Shown in pieces: positions 1-8,992 of a stretch of DNA of 64,000 nucleotides. The notes under the pieces were generated by a model. It was not told the DNA's origin, searched no databases, and saw only the letters and a list, made by a program, of their open reading frames with translations. The position numbers and the translations under genes were made by a program. The stretch's first letter is position 1. Every line of letters starts with the position of its first letter. Origin of the DNA: Abditibacteriota bacterium (GTDB lineage: Bacteria > Armatimonadota > UBA5829); the NCBI GenBank assembly GCA_942493375.1, contig OW818698.1, positions 6,082,139-6,146,138 on the forward strand, read 5' to 3'.

Positions 1-1628
1 ATGGCGGGTTCTTTGAGTTCTGGACTGGAGCAAGAGCCTATGATCCTGTTGTTATCGAACGGGATTTGAGACACCTGCAGGATATGGGAATCAACTCGGT
101 CAGCATATTTACTTATTCCGACTTTACCGAAGACCAGAACCTGCTGGATATTCTGCGGAGGCTGGAGAAGAAGGGAATGAAGGCCAACCTGTCACTCCGC
201 CCGGGAACTCCGATGAATTTCATGTGGGACCAGATCAGCAGGATCATTAATTACTACAAGCTATGGGAGAATGACACGGTCTTTGCATATGATCTTGCAT
301 GGGAACCAAACTTTGGATCACATCAGGGCAGGCAGATGTGGGATACAGAATGGACAAAGTGGGTCGTGGAGCGGTATGGTTCGATTGAGAATGCGGAGAA
401 GGGCTGGAGTTACCCGATTCCCAGAAATGAGGGTGGGGGAATAACCAACCCCAGGCCCAATGAGATAGAAACAGATGGTGCTTGGAGACAGATGACTGCA
501 GCTTACCGGCGTTTTCTGGATACTCTGCTGTATAAACAGTATTCACAAGCTAGGAGACTCGTCCGCAGCATAGACCCCAACCATCTGGTCAGCTTCAGAA
601 TGGCATATGCAGGCGATCCTACTTTCAAAGTAGGCGATATGGTTACATACGATTTCCCATATCTGGCGGCTGCAGTGGACTTCCTGGCACCGGAGGCATA
701 TGGACGGATCGGGAACTGGGAGAATGTGAAGCACGGCTGGTTTGAATGGAAGTATGCCAAGTGGGCAGCTCCGGAGAAACCAATGCTGTGGACTGAGATG
801 GGGGTATCTATCTGGGATATAACTACGAAAAATACTCCAAAGAGCAGCCTGCAGCTCCAGTCAACATTCTTCAGCAACTTCTATAAGCTGATGAATGCAA
901 CAGGTATGGACGGTGTTTACTACTGGTGGTATGCCGGAGGGTTCAGGGTAGGAGAGAACAGCGACTACGGAATAATCAACTCAGACGGCAGCGACAGACT
1001 GGCTACCTCAACAATCCGCAGCAATGCGTCAACGTTCCTTAAAAGCACTTTACCTAAAGGAAAATCAACACCGATTCTGTTTGACCGCGACCAGCACCCG
1101 ATCGGTATCACGGGAATTTACGATACTCATAAAGCTGAGTTCTGGGACCGTATTAACAAAGGTCTTGACCCAGTGTTGATTACCAAAGGCACCGGAACAG
1201 ACTCCACCAACTGTCCCCTGACAGCAGTAGGCAATACCGAGTGCAACGGCACAAACCCTCCAAAATACCTGGATGCAACTTTTGACATCGTGCAGGTGCA
1301 AACCAGTAATGGCCAGTGGACAAACGTTGCAAAAAATGGTGAGGTAACTCTTGAGCCAGCAGATCTAGCAAGAGCAAGGGTCACGATAATGAACCTTGGG
1401 GAAGCAACTCTGATATCTGCCCTGAAGTCCGACAAACCAGGAGCTGTCTATATCACAGTCACATCTCCAACAGGCACCAGACTGTTCCCCCTCCCGACAG
1501 ACCTGCGCAGCAGGTGTGAGGTTACTATTGATGATCTTGTTGTTTATGGAGGTGAGGTGACAATCGGCCTGCTAGCGAAGGATAGGACTGGGTTTGGGGA
1601 GAAGTTTGGGTTTGTGGTGAAAGAATAA
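1..1628 (+). CDS. Putative glycoside hydrolase (TIM-barrel, clan GH-A-like), 5'-partial. The reading frame is open from the window edge.
   Basis: Frame 3 is open from nucleotide 3. Motifs RDLRHLQDMGINSVSIF and LAWEPNFG resemble the beta-3/beta-4 strands and acid/base region of a (beta/alpha)8 glycosidase. The C-terminal about 150 aa look like a beta-sandwich. GH family not assignable by eye. Confidence 0.45.
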   Translation, partial: GGFFEFWTGARAYDPVVIERDLRHLQDMGINSVSIFTYSDFTEDQNLLDILRRLEKKGMKANLSLRPGTPMNFMWDQISRIINYYKLWENDTVFAYDLAWEPNFGSHQGRQMWDTEWTKWVVERYGSIENAEKGWSYPIPRNEGGGITNPRPNEIETDGAWRQMTAAYRRFLDTLLYKQYSQARRLVRSIDPNHLVSFRMAYAGDPTFKVGDMVTYDFPYLAAAVDFLAPEAYGRIGNWENVKHGWFEWKYAKWAAPEKPMLWTEMGVSIWDITTKNTPKSSLQLQSTFFSNFYKLMNATGMDGVYYWWYAGGFRVGENSDYGIINSDGSDRLATSTIRSNASTFLKSTLPKGKSTPILFDRDQHPIGITGIYDTHKAEFWDRINKGLDPVLITKGTGTDSTNCPLTAVGNTECNGTNPPKYLDATFDIVQVQTSNGQWTNVAKNGEVTLEPADLARARVTIMNLGEATLISALKSDKPGAVYITVTSPTGTRLFPLPTDLRSRCEVTIDDLVVYGGEVTIGLLAKDRTGFGEKFGFVVKE

Positions 1629-1696
1629 ATCTCTATATGACTCCGGCCCAGATTACTCTTGAAGCCATTTCTATCAAGGGTGGGATTTGATGATTC

Positions 1697-2200
1697 ATGA
1701 ATAACAGACGCGCAAAGGTAGCGGAAAAATATAAAGAGAAAATCATAGCGATCAGAAATGCTGCTCGCATAATAGGGGGAGTTGCAGCAGTTGCTCTGTT
1801 GTTTCTCAACTCACAATACTTGCACGCCATCATATTCCCCAAAAGTATGTCGGATTTTATCGCTATAATAATGTATGCAGCATGTTTGATAGGCCTGGGG
1901 CTTTTTGGATTTGTTGAGCCTGGACGAATAGAACCATTGAGTATACCCGAAGGCTACAGAATGTTCGTTTACCGTCTTATAATCTTTGAGATGATCGTAT
2001 CGTGTCTGTTTGTATCTATTGGCACTGCACTAGTTTTATCTTTGTTGTTTATGATGCGTTACTGGCTGCGTTATGCTAATTATGGGTTGGACCGTCTTGA
2101 TTGGTATATTTGTTTAGCTGGCGGGGTACTGTTAGTTTCATCATGGTTATTTACATTACTACCCGGTGTCTCTATGGATACAAAAAAATGGAAGAATTGA
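1697..2200 (+). CDS. Hypothetical multi-pass membrane protein
   Basis: 167-aa ORF with about four hydrophobic helices. No recognisable family. Confidence 0.4.
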   Translation: MNNRRAKVAEKYKEKIIAIRNAARIIGGVAAVALLFLNSQYLHAIIFPKSMSDFIAIIMYAACLIGLGLFGFVEPGRIEPLSIPEGYRMFVYRLIIFEMIVSCLFVSIGTALVLSLLFMMRYWLRYANYGLDRLDWYICLAGGVLLVSSWLFTLLPGVSMDTKKWKN

Positions 2201-2256
2201 TACTATGGTTATGGCTAACAAATTGTCTTGACACTGTCTAGACAATTATCCTGGTA

Positions 2257-2703
2257 TTGGTAGATATTATGGATATTGAGATGGATTTCACAGATAATAA
2301 AAGTAAAGCCAAGATCATTATAGTATCCATCATTGGCTGTATTGTAGTAATCATAATGGTCATCCTTGTGCGTTCGTATTACCCAAGCTTTTCCCCGAAC
2401 AGATTGCGACATGCCCGTTGGTATCTTTCAACTACACCCAGTATTCTCAAGTATTGCTTTGTGCCAAAAGGAACCATAGAGTCAGAAATCGTCAGTCGTT
2501 TTGGAACACCAGATACTATTACGACTATCGATAGTTCGTTTTGGCGCAAGTATATTGCGAGAGAGACACTATACCGGCCACCATCATACAGTTGCGATCA
2601 TGTATTGATGTACAGTGCGGCATCAGGTATCGATATGATAACGGCCCACTATTATATGGATGCTAACGACCGGCTTCTTGAAACGTTTATAATTGACAAG
2701 TAG
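2257..2703 (+). CDS. Hypothetical membrane-anchored protein
   Basis: 148-aa ORF. The N-terminal hydrophobic segment IIIVSIIGCIVVIIMVILV looks like a single TM anchor. Confidence 0.35.
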   Translation: MVDIMDIEMDFTDNKSKAKIIIVSIIGCIVVIIMVILVRSYYPSFSPNRLRHARWYLSTTPSILKYCFVPKGTIESEIVSRFGTPDTITTIDSSFWRKYIARETLYRPPSYSCDHVLMYSAASGIDMITAHYYMDANDRLLETFIIDK

Positions 2704-2803
2704 CAAGCAGCGACTAGATTCTTCTTCCTCCATGTTATAATACAAGTAATACATATGAGTCTTTGAACCATGGTAAATTGTGGTTGTTAAGGAGGTATCT
2801 GAG

Positions 2804-3202
2804 ATGTTGACGGAGTGTTCAGTATACCCAGAAATATATAGGCATCAAGTCGAAGAGCTGATCAATAGTCACCAGGAGCGCAATACGGATGATGTGCTAT
2901 TGGCTGCGGTTTGGTATGACAAATCCAACAAAAAAGGTGATATAAACCTACTTGAAATATATGCGAGCTTTCCATTTTCAGGACAGGGAGAGCTTGAAAC
3001 ATTCGAGTTTCCATCCACCGCAGATTTTCCTCTGGAGGGTAAATTGAAAATCACCATTACCTGTCCTGATGAATTGCGATCAGCATTGCTGAGAAAAGAT
3101 CGGACATTAGCAAAGATCAGAAACGCGAAAGACAGGCAATTATTCGTGTTTTCTCCTGAAGGTGAGGTCATATACAAAGAGGTTATAGACTCCAATGCCT
3201 GA
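2804..3202 (+). CDS. Hypothetical protein
   Basis: ORF 2780..3202. The internal ATG at 2804 is preceded by AAGGAGG at 8-nt spacing, so that is the preferred start. Confidence 0.4.
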   Translation: MLTECSVYPEIYRHQVEELINSHQERNTDDVLLAAVWYDKSNKKGDINLLEIYASFPFSGQGELETFEFPSTADFPLEGKLKITITCPDELRSALLRKDRTLAKIRNAKDRQLFVFSPEGEVIYKEVIDSNA

Positions 3203-3205
3203 CAG

Positions 3206-4273
3206 CTAACGATATTCCAACGCCGTATCAAACATCGCCACAATATTCTCCGGTGGTGTGCCTGCCTGGATTGCGTGGGAGGGGCCGAGGATGTAGCCTC
3301 CGTCTTTTCCAAGGACTCTTATCCGCTCCCGGACTTCTTCCTCCACATCGCTGACAGTGCCGAATGGGAGGGTGCTTTGGACGCTGACTCCGCCTTCGAA
3401 GCAGAGCTTATCTCCATAGTTTGTCTTTAGGGCAACAGGATCCATATCTTTGGCGTCGAACTGCAGGGCCTGCAATATGTCTATTCCCATGTCTATCAAA
3501 CCTGGTACTGCCTGCATTACAGCTCCATCTGAGTGGTATATCACTTTTACACCGAACTCGTGGATCAATTTGTTAAGCCTTACGTGATGGGGTTTTATCT
3601 GTTGTTCCCACATGTCCAGAGAGAGCATAAGCCCCTGCTGACCTCCGATGTCGTCTGCTGTGAACACCAGGTCAACCATTCCATCCGCAGCTTCCAGCAT
3701 TTTTCTGGTGTGATCGATAAAGAAGTCGGTGATCTTTGTCATAATGTGATCTGCAAGGCCAGGATTGAGGAGCATGTTTGTAAACATATTTTCCAGACCG
3801 CTCATATACCAGGCGGTCTCAAATATGTTGCCGCCGGAGATCATCAGACAGTATTCCTGGTCGGAGTTAGCGGCCTTTATGTCACTGGTAATGTTGGAAT
3901 AATCGAACCAGTCAGTTGTCGGCCAGTTGTAACCGTGGAGATCATCTATGGATTCAACATCTGCAAGTGGATAAAATTCTATCTCTTCATAACACCCGGC
4001 GCCGTAGCTGACAGGCCTTCTCATCACTCCCCATATATCATGATTCGGACTCAGTGTTGGACCGATATACTTTGCTTCAACTTGCCTGATATCTAATGTT
4101 GGATATAGATACTGTTCAACAGTAATTCGACGGTTCTTTTGCAGGTAATCGCTCAATTCATGATAGGCCGGAGGATTTATACCGGAGCAGACCATTGCAA
4201 TTGGAACCCTATCCGTCTCACGATGCTCCAGCGCAAGTCTGACACGTTCTTTATGGCTTAGTACGATGCTCAT
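3206..4273 (-). CDS. Uroporphyrinogen decarboxylase (URO-D) family protein, of the MtaA/CmuA-like methyltransferase or HemE-like decarboxylase type
   Basis: N-terminus ERVRLALEHRETDRVPI and C-terminal GGYILGPSHAIQAGTPPENIVAMFD are typical URO-D superfamily signatures. The length from Met149 (about 355 aa) fits the family. A GGAGG lies 5 nt upstream of the ATG at 4273. The longer 503-aa ORF extension has no family support. Confidence 0.6.
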   Translation of the reverse strand: MSIVLSHKERVRLALEHRETDRVPIAMVCSGINPPAYHELSDYLQKNRRITVEQYLYPTLDIRQVEAKYIGPTLSPNHDIWGVMRRPVSYGAGCYEEIEFYPLADVESIDDLHGYNWPTTDWFDYSNITSDIKAANSDQEYCLMISGGNIFETAWYMSGLENMFTNMLLNPGLADHIMTKITDFFIDHTRKMLEAADGMVDLVFTADDIGGQQGLMLSLDMWEQQIKPHHVRLNKLIHEFGVKVIYHSDGAVMQAVPGLIDMGIDILQALQFDAKDMDPVALKTNYGDKLCFEGGVSVQSTLPFGTVSDVEEEVRERIRVLGKDGGYILGPSHAIQAGTPPENIVAMFDTALEYR

Positions 4274-4474
4274 GACTTCCTCCAGTGGGTACAGCTCTTG
4301 GGCCAAAGAATAACACGCGTTCGGTGAATAGTCAAGATTCCCATATTGAATCATTGACCAAGTCAAACTGCCTGTGATAGAGTATCTGGAAGCTTTGAAT
4401 AATGACATAAATTGCGAACTGGACACAGGTGTTATACAAAAGTGTGCAGACCAATATGAAAAGAGGGTGATTGG

Positions 4475-5290
4475 ATGGGGAATCGAGAGATTGGCAGATG
4501 CTATTTTAATGTTTGCTTGTTGATACTGGTAATATTTTGCAGCTTGTTGGCAGGTTGCGGAGGTGGTGGCCTCGGAGTTGGGGTGAAGAATCCTTTTTTG
4601 GGAGGTAACATTACCGGGAGTGTCAAGGACAGTGACAATAAGGTTATTCCGAATGTTCAGGTTGCTGCAGGTGGTGTGACGGCTGTTACGGATAGGAATG
4701 GCAATTTTACTCTTCAACAGGTCCCAGCAGGGATGCAGATTGTGTCAGTTTCCCTAAGTGGTTATTTTGACACCGGAGTTGGTAACAGGTTTATTACTGT
4801 AACTGACGGTGGGAATTTCAGTGCTGGGACGTTCGTAATGTCCAAGCTTGCGACTGAGAGTGTATTTCTATCAGATTTAATACCTCAGTCATCTGATTAC
4901 GAAGTGAAAACGGTTTCATGGGTAGATATTGTAAATAATAAACCCGTAAGGACAGATTATGAGAATTCACTTGTCAGAAAAACACCGGGTGGGGGTGCGC
5001 CATTTATGTCCCCGACGACTGCACTGTATTGGCTCGGTGGATCATATTCCAGGTTCCATTCTATGATTGCTGGATTACAGGATAAAACCAGCACACTGGA
5101 GATGGTATTCAGAGTATATGGAGATGACAGACTTCTGTTCGAGTCCGATAAACTCAAACCCGGACTTAAAAGTGTGTTGGACGTTGATGTAATTGGCGTA
5201 TCGGTTCTAAAGCTGGAAGTATCCACAGTGAAAGTCTACTGGGTCACCGGTGACTATGCCTGGTATAATCCAACGCTTACAACTAATTAA
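4475..5290 (+). CDS. Lipoprotein with a CarbopepD_reg-like beta-sandwich and a C-terminal NPCBM-like carbohydrate-binding module
   Basis: Signal peptide with lipobox LLAGCGGGG. The GNITGSVKD...NVQVAAGGVTAVTDRNGNFTL stretch resembles a carboxypeptidase regulatory-like domain. The C-terminal EMVFRVYGDDRLLFESDKLKPG...DVDVIGVSVLKLEV matches the NPCBM pattern (VFkVygDgkllyeS...). A GAGGGTG RBS precedes the start. Confidence 0.5.
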   Translation: MGNREIGRCYFNVCLLILVIFCSLLAGCGGGGLGVGVKNPFLGGNITGSVKDSDNKVIPNVQVAAGGVTAVTDRNGNFTLQQVPAGMQIVSVSLSGYFDTGVGNRFITVTDGGNFSAGTFVMSKLATESVFLSDLIPQSSDYEVKTVSWVDIVNNKPVRTDYENSLVRKTPGGGAPFMSPTTALYWLGGSYSRFHSMIAGLQDKTSTLEMVFRVYGDDRLLFESDKLKPGLKSVLDVDVIGVSVLKLEVSTVKVYWVTGDYAWYNPTLTTN

Positions 5291-5651
5291 GTAGTGTTTA
5301 TCAACCACGGAATACACTGAATACACGGAAATAGACGCAGTGAAGGATCTGGCAGTTACCGGGATTCTTCACTGCGTTCAGAATGACAATATTTGTACGA
5401 TTTTACCCAGTAATCTGCTGATCACAATTCCTCTGGTTTCATACAGTATTAAGTATAAGTTCGTTGTTTCGCCGCAGTCGAATTCTCCGCTAGTGAACAA
5501 GCTCTGCTGCCCGGGTTACATTGCAATATATGTTGTTTATGTTGTAGCATAATTCATCACACAGCTTGGATTATTTATGTTGTGTTTGAAGTTGCAAAAC
5601 GCAACTTCAAATCCCAGAATATAGCACCTTACCTCTGACTGGAGAAATCAA

Positions 5652-8381
5652 TTGAAGTATTCTACGCTATTTACTATCCTGATTCTACTACTTTCCTTCA
5701 CCAATTCTCTGGCGACTACCATTACTGCATCCCAGTCTGTCCATATTTCCCGTTTTCAGCCTGAGATGGAAGGGCAGGAGTTGGCGGATGCTAATTTTGG
5801 GACGGCTCCTTATATACATTCACGTGGGGTCCAGGGTGTGCGGTGTGATATGCTGGTGCGGTTTGACCTGAGCTCATTTAAGGGGAGTGCAGGCAAGGTG
5901 GTGCTGCGGCTTTATCGGACTGCTCCGGTCTATAGTGATGCCAGGAATGCCGGAGTCAATGTGATATCGGTTTATCCGCTGCTTGTCGATTTCGAGGAAA
6001 GTAAAGTCAGCTGGAATTCGTTCTACAAGCAGGATGCCGGACTGTTTGGTCGGAAGATTGCTACGGCTTCGGTTGAACAGAAGGACGGCTGGTATGAATG
6101 GACTCTGCCAGCTTCTCTTGTTCAGCAGTGGATTGATGATCCTTCTAGTAATAAGGGCCTGATACTGATATCTGAGCTTGATCGTGACCCTATGACTAAC
6201 ACCTTCTTCTCATCTACGAGAGGTGCTAATCCACCTCAATTAGTTGTTGAAAACGCCGGATCTGATTTAAATGTCACCCGTGATACTGTGCCTGCGCTTG
6301 AGAACAAGGCTCTAGCATTGATGTTTAGTATTGCATCCAGCGGTATGGCTCTGACGAGTATTAAAGACTTGCAGAGGAACCAGGAACAGCTTATTGCAAC
6401 TGAGAAGCAGCCTGCTATATGGAGATTGACATTCAGGGAGCTTGCGACTGGTAAGGAAATCATTGTGGACTCACCAGGAGCTGCGAAGTATCGTGTTGAA
6501 ACAGCAGATGAAGATGGTTGGAAGATACTGGAGTGCAAGTGGACTGGGGTTCGCGTTGGATCTGATGGAGATTGTGATGTCAAGGCAACAGTTCTACTTG
6601 ATGACACCAACCCTGATGCACGCTGGAGGATCCAGGTGGATAACCACAGCAAGACGTATAGTCTGTGGTCGGTGGATTATCCTGTGATTGGTGGTCTGGG
6701 AGAGAGAAAAGTCAGTGATGTCCTGAACCTTTGGGCAGCGGTCGGATCCTGGAGACCGAAGTTTGATGGCGGAGTTTTTGATTATGACCTGGTAGGCGGG
6801 ATATGGCCCATGCAGTTCTTTGCGCTTGCTAATAATGGTGCCGGGCTCTATCTTTCAGCAAGCGATCCCAAGCAGCTCCAGAAAAGGATCCATTTCGATA
6901 TCGGTAAAGAGTTCCACTTTAAGCATTATCCATATGCTATGACTCTACCTGGGATGACTTATGTTATGCCTTACGATGTCGATATGAAGGCTTTTGCTGG
7001 TGACTGGTATGAGGCAGCGAAGATCTACCGCAGCTGGGCGCTTGATCAACCCTGGACAGCCCGTGGGCCAATAAAATACCGAAGTTCGGCAGGTGCTGCA
7101 GAACCGCGAGCTGTGTATGACCCTATGCTCTGGTTGAAAGATAACCGTGTCGCTGATGAATCACTGGCTAAGGATGTCATAAAGCTGCGGGAGTATTTCG
7201 GAGTGCCGATTGGACTGCATTTGTACTGCTGGCACAACTGCGGGTTTGACCAAGACTATCCGAACTATCTGCCTATACCCAATGTGGATGTTTTTGCAAA
7301 GTCAGTTAAGGCTATGCAGCAGGCAGGTGTAACCGTGATGCCCTACGTGAATGCAGAGCTGTGGAACAGGAGTGTGCCGTCATTTGAACCAGCACGGCAG
7401 GATTCTGTCCGCAATGTTGACGATTCTATTATGACTGCAGGCTACAGTGGATACGATTTTGGGGTAATCTCGCCGACATCGAATGCACTGCGGGATAGAC
7501 TCTCTAATGTCACCCGGGAACTGGCGAGATGTGGGGTGAAGGCTCTGTATCTCGACTTGATGGCTGCAACTCCGGCTCTTCTGGATTTCTCCACAACTAA
7601 TGGTCACATGACTGGAGGTTCCGGAAGTTGGTGGGTCGACGGTTACCGCGACATGATCAATGAACTCCGCAAAGCCAGCCGTAAAGAAGGCACTGAGATG
7701 ACCTTGGTAACTGAATGCGCTGCTGATGCCTATATGGATTCCGTGAATGGTTTCCTGACCTGGTGGACACGTGATGACGGCGCAGTTCCGATGCTACCCA
7801 CTGTCTATGGCGGATACACGGTTTACATAGGGGAGGGGATTTACCAGGAAGAGGATGACACCCATTTCTGTCTTCGGACTGCTCGTGATTTTATATGGGG
7901 AACGGCATTGGGTTGGTGTTCAGACTCAGGCACTGATGTTGCCAACTACACAAAGATGATCAACACCCCTAAAGGAGAGTTCCTGCGTTCACTGCTGCGA
8001 TACCGCTGGGCGGCCAGGGAATATCTTGTAAATGGTGAAATGCTGCGGGAACTGAAGAACCAATCCCCAGCAGTTGAGATTATTGGCAAGAGCAAATATG
8101 CGGATGTTAAGCTGCCAGCCATCATAAACTCGGTCTGGAAATCCCTGGACGGGACTTCGGCTGTTATATTAGTTAATGTAGACACCAAGCCTCACGAAGT
8201 ATCGCTGGACACAGACTTATCAGCGCTGGGGCTGTCTGCATCTAAAGCTGGATACACACTCAGGCAGTTGCTTGAAAATGGTAAAGCTAAAGGCAAGGTC
8301 CATTTGAAGGACAGATTGGTATACAAAGCTATTCTGAAGCCCCATGAGGTTAAGGTGCTGCAGGTAGGAATGTGGAAATAG
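5652..8381 (+). CDS. Secreted putative glycoside-hydrolase-like protein of unassigned family (paralog A of 36768..39014)
   Basis: TTG start with a GGAGA RBS. Signal peptide present. The central region (WYEAAKIYRSWALDQPW...HLYCWHNCGFDQDYPNYLP...VTVMPYVNAELWN) is collinear with the 36768 protein (WYDAAKIYRGWASKQPRW...HWYMWQKDKDHDYRYPDYFP...VHCMPYMNMRLFD). A TIM-barrel-like periodicity is apparent. Confidence 0.5.
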   Translation: MKYSTLFTILILLLSFTNSLATTITASQSVHISRFQPEMEGQELADANFGTAPYIHSRGVQGVRCDMLVRFDLSSFKGSAGKVVLRLYRTAPVYSDARNAGVNVISVYPLLVDFEESKVSWNSFYKQDAGLFGRKIATASVEQKDGWYEWTLPASLVQQWIDDPSSNKGLILISELDRDPMTNTFFSSTRGANPPQLVVENAGSDLNVTRDTVPALENKALALMFSIASSGMALTSIKDLQRNQEQLIATEKQPAIWRLTFRELATGKEIIVDSPGAAKYRVETADEDGWKILECKWTGVRVGSDGDCDVKATVLLDDTNPDARWRIQVDNHSKTYSLWSVDYPVIGGLGERKVSDVLNLWAAVGSWRPKFDGGVFDYDLVGGIWPMQFFALANNGAGLYLSASDPKQLQKRIHFDIGKEFHFKHYPYAMTLPGMTYVMPYDVDMKAFAGDWYEAAKIYRSWALDQPWTARGPIKYRSSAGAAEPRAVYDPMLWLKDNRVADESLAKDVIKLREYFGVPIGLHLYCWHNCGFDQDYPNYLPIPNVDVFAKSVKAMQQAGVTVMPYVNAELWNRSVPSFEPARQDSVRNVDDSIMTAGYSGYDFGVISPTSNALRDRLSNVTRELARCGVKALYLDLMAATPALLDFSTTNGHMTGGSGSWWVDGYRDMINELRKASRKEGTEMTLVTECAADAYMDSVNGFLTWWTRDDGAVPMLPTVYGGYTVYIGEGIYQEEDDTHFCLRTARDFIWGTALGWCSDSGTDVANYTKMINTPKGEFLRSLLRYRWAAREYLVNGEMLRELKNQSPAVEIIGKSKYADVKLPAIINSVWKSLDGTSAVILVNVDTKPHEVSLDTDLSALGLSASKAGYTLRQLLENGKAKGKVHLKDRLVYKAILKPHEVKVLQVGMWK

Positions 8382-8436
8382 AATATGATGGACGCATATG
8401 ATATCCACAGATTGTGTATGTAGAATCAGAATCTCT

Positions 8437-8514
8437 GGCCCGCATTATTCATGATTAACTCAGCTTTTGCCCCTACTGCCGGACAAAAGCGAAGTTTGGT
8501 GAATAAAGCGGGCT
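8437..8514. repeat. Nested-hairpin intergenic repeat, family 1, copy 1
   Basis: GGCCCGCATTATTCATGATTAAC...GCTTTTGCCCCTACTGCCGGACAAAAGC...TTGGTGAATAAAGCGGGCT. Outer and inner inverted repeats. Related copies at 8883..8958 and 26961..27036. Confidence 0.8.
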
Positions 8515-8578
8515 AGGGCATTCAATAGTTTATTGTTTATTTACGGTATACTGTTTATAATAAGAAAGGAGTACAACA

Positions 8579-8770
8579 ATGCGACGAATCAAACTAATAG
8601 AACTACAAAATGAACTTGATAAAAAAAACATCCCCCAGTTCTGCGCCAAGCTCAAAAGTCGAAATGGATATGATTCCGTCGCCAGGAAACTCCGTATTAA
8701 CCCCACGGAACAAAGGCTGATTGATGCTTTCAAACAAGAGGACAGTATCAGCGATAATACAAAAGTATAG
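8579..8770 (+). CDS. Small hypothetical protein (63 aa)
   Basis: Strong RBS (AAAGGAG, 8-nt spacing). It is bracketed on both sides by family-1 hairpin repeats. Confidence 0.45.
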   Translation: MRRIKLIELQNELDKKNIPQFCAKLKSRNGYDSVARKLRINPTEQRLIDAFKQEDSISDNTKV

Positions 8771-8882
8771 GCTTCTTGATATACTACTAAATGAATCCAG
8801 TCAGTCATCGTAACCTTGCCACATATATTTCACTCCACCTTTGTTGACGCTCCCTTATCAACGTGCTAGACTTTCGACAAGT

Positions 8883-8958
8883 TAGCCCGCATTATACATG
8901 ATAGACTCACTTTCGCTCCTACTGCCGGTCGAAAGTAGAGACTGGTGTATAATGCGGG
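8883..8958. repeat. Nested-hairpin intergenic repeat, family 1, copy 2 (divergent copy with compensatory stem changes)
   Basis: AGCCCGCATTATACATGATAGACTC...CTTTCGCTCCTACTGCCGGTCGAAAG...GAGACTGGTGTATAATGCGGG. The loop CCTACTGCCGG is identical to the other copies. Stem substitutions are paired. Confidence 0.75.
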
Positions 8959-8992
8959 TTTGGTTGCAACAGCCAAACAATCGGAGGCTAGA

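Noticed and set aside
3206-4717. Full 503-aa reading of the URO-D ORF
   Set aside because: The first 148 residues are low-complexity and have no family support. The URO-D fold begins at Met149, which also has a GGAGG RBS. The extension would overlap the lipoprotein gene at 4475.
5340-5552. 70-aa ORF downstream of the lipoprotein gene
   Set aside because: It contains the family-2 repeat motif and a hydrophobic low-complexity tail. There is no RBS. It is likely non-coding terminator or repeat DNA.
8945-8992. ATG start at 8945 for the 1073-aa GH
   Set aside because: It lies within the family-1 hairpin repeat. The GTG at 8993 has a well-spaced GGAGG, and the signal peptide follows it directly.
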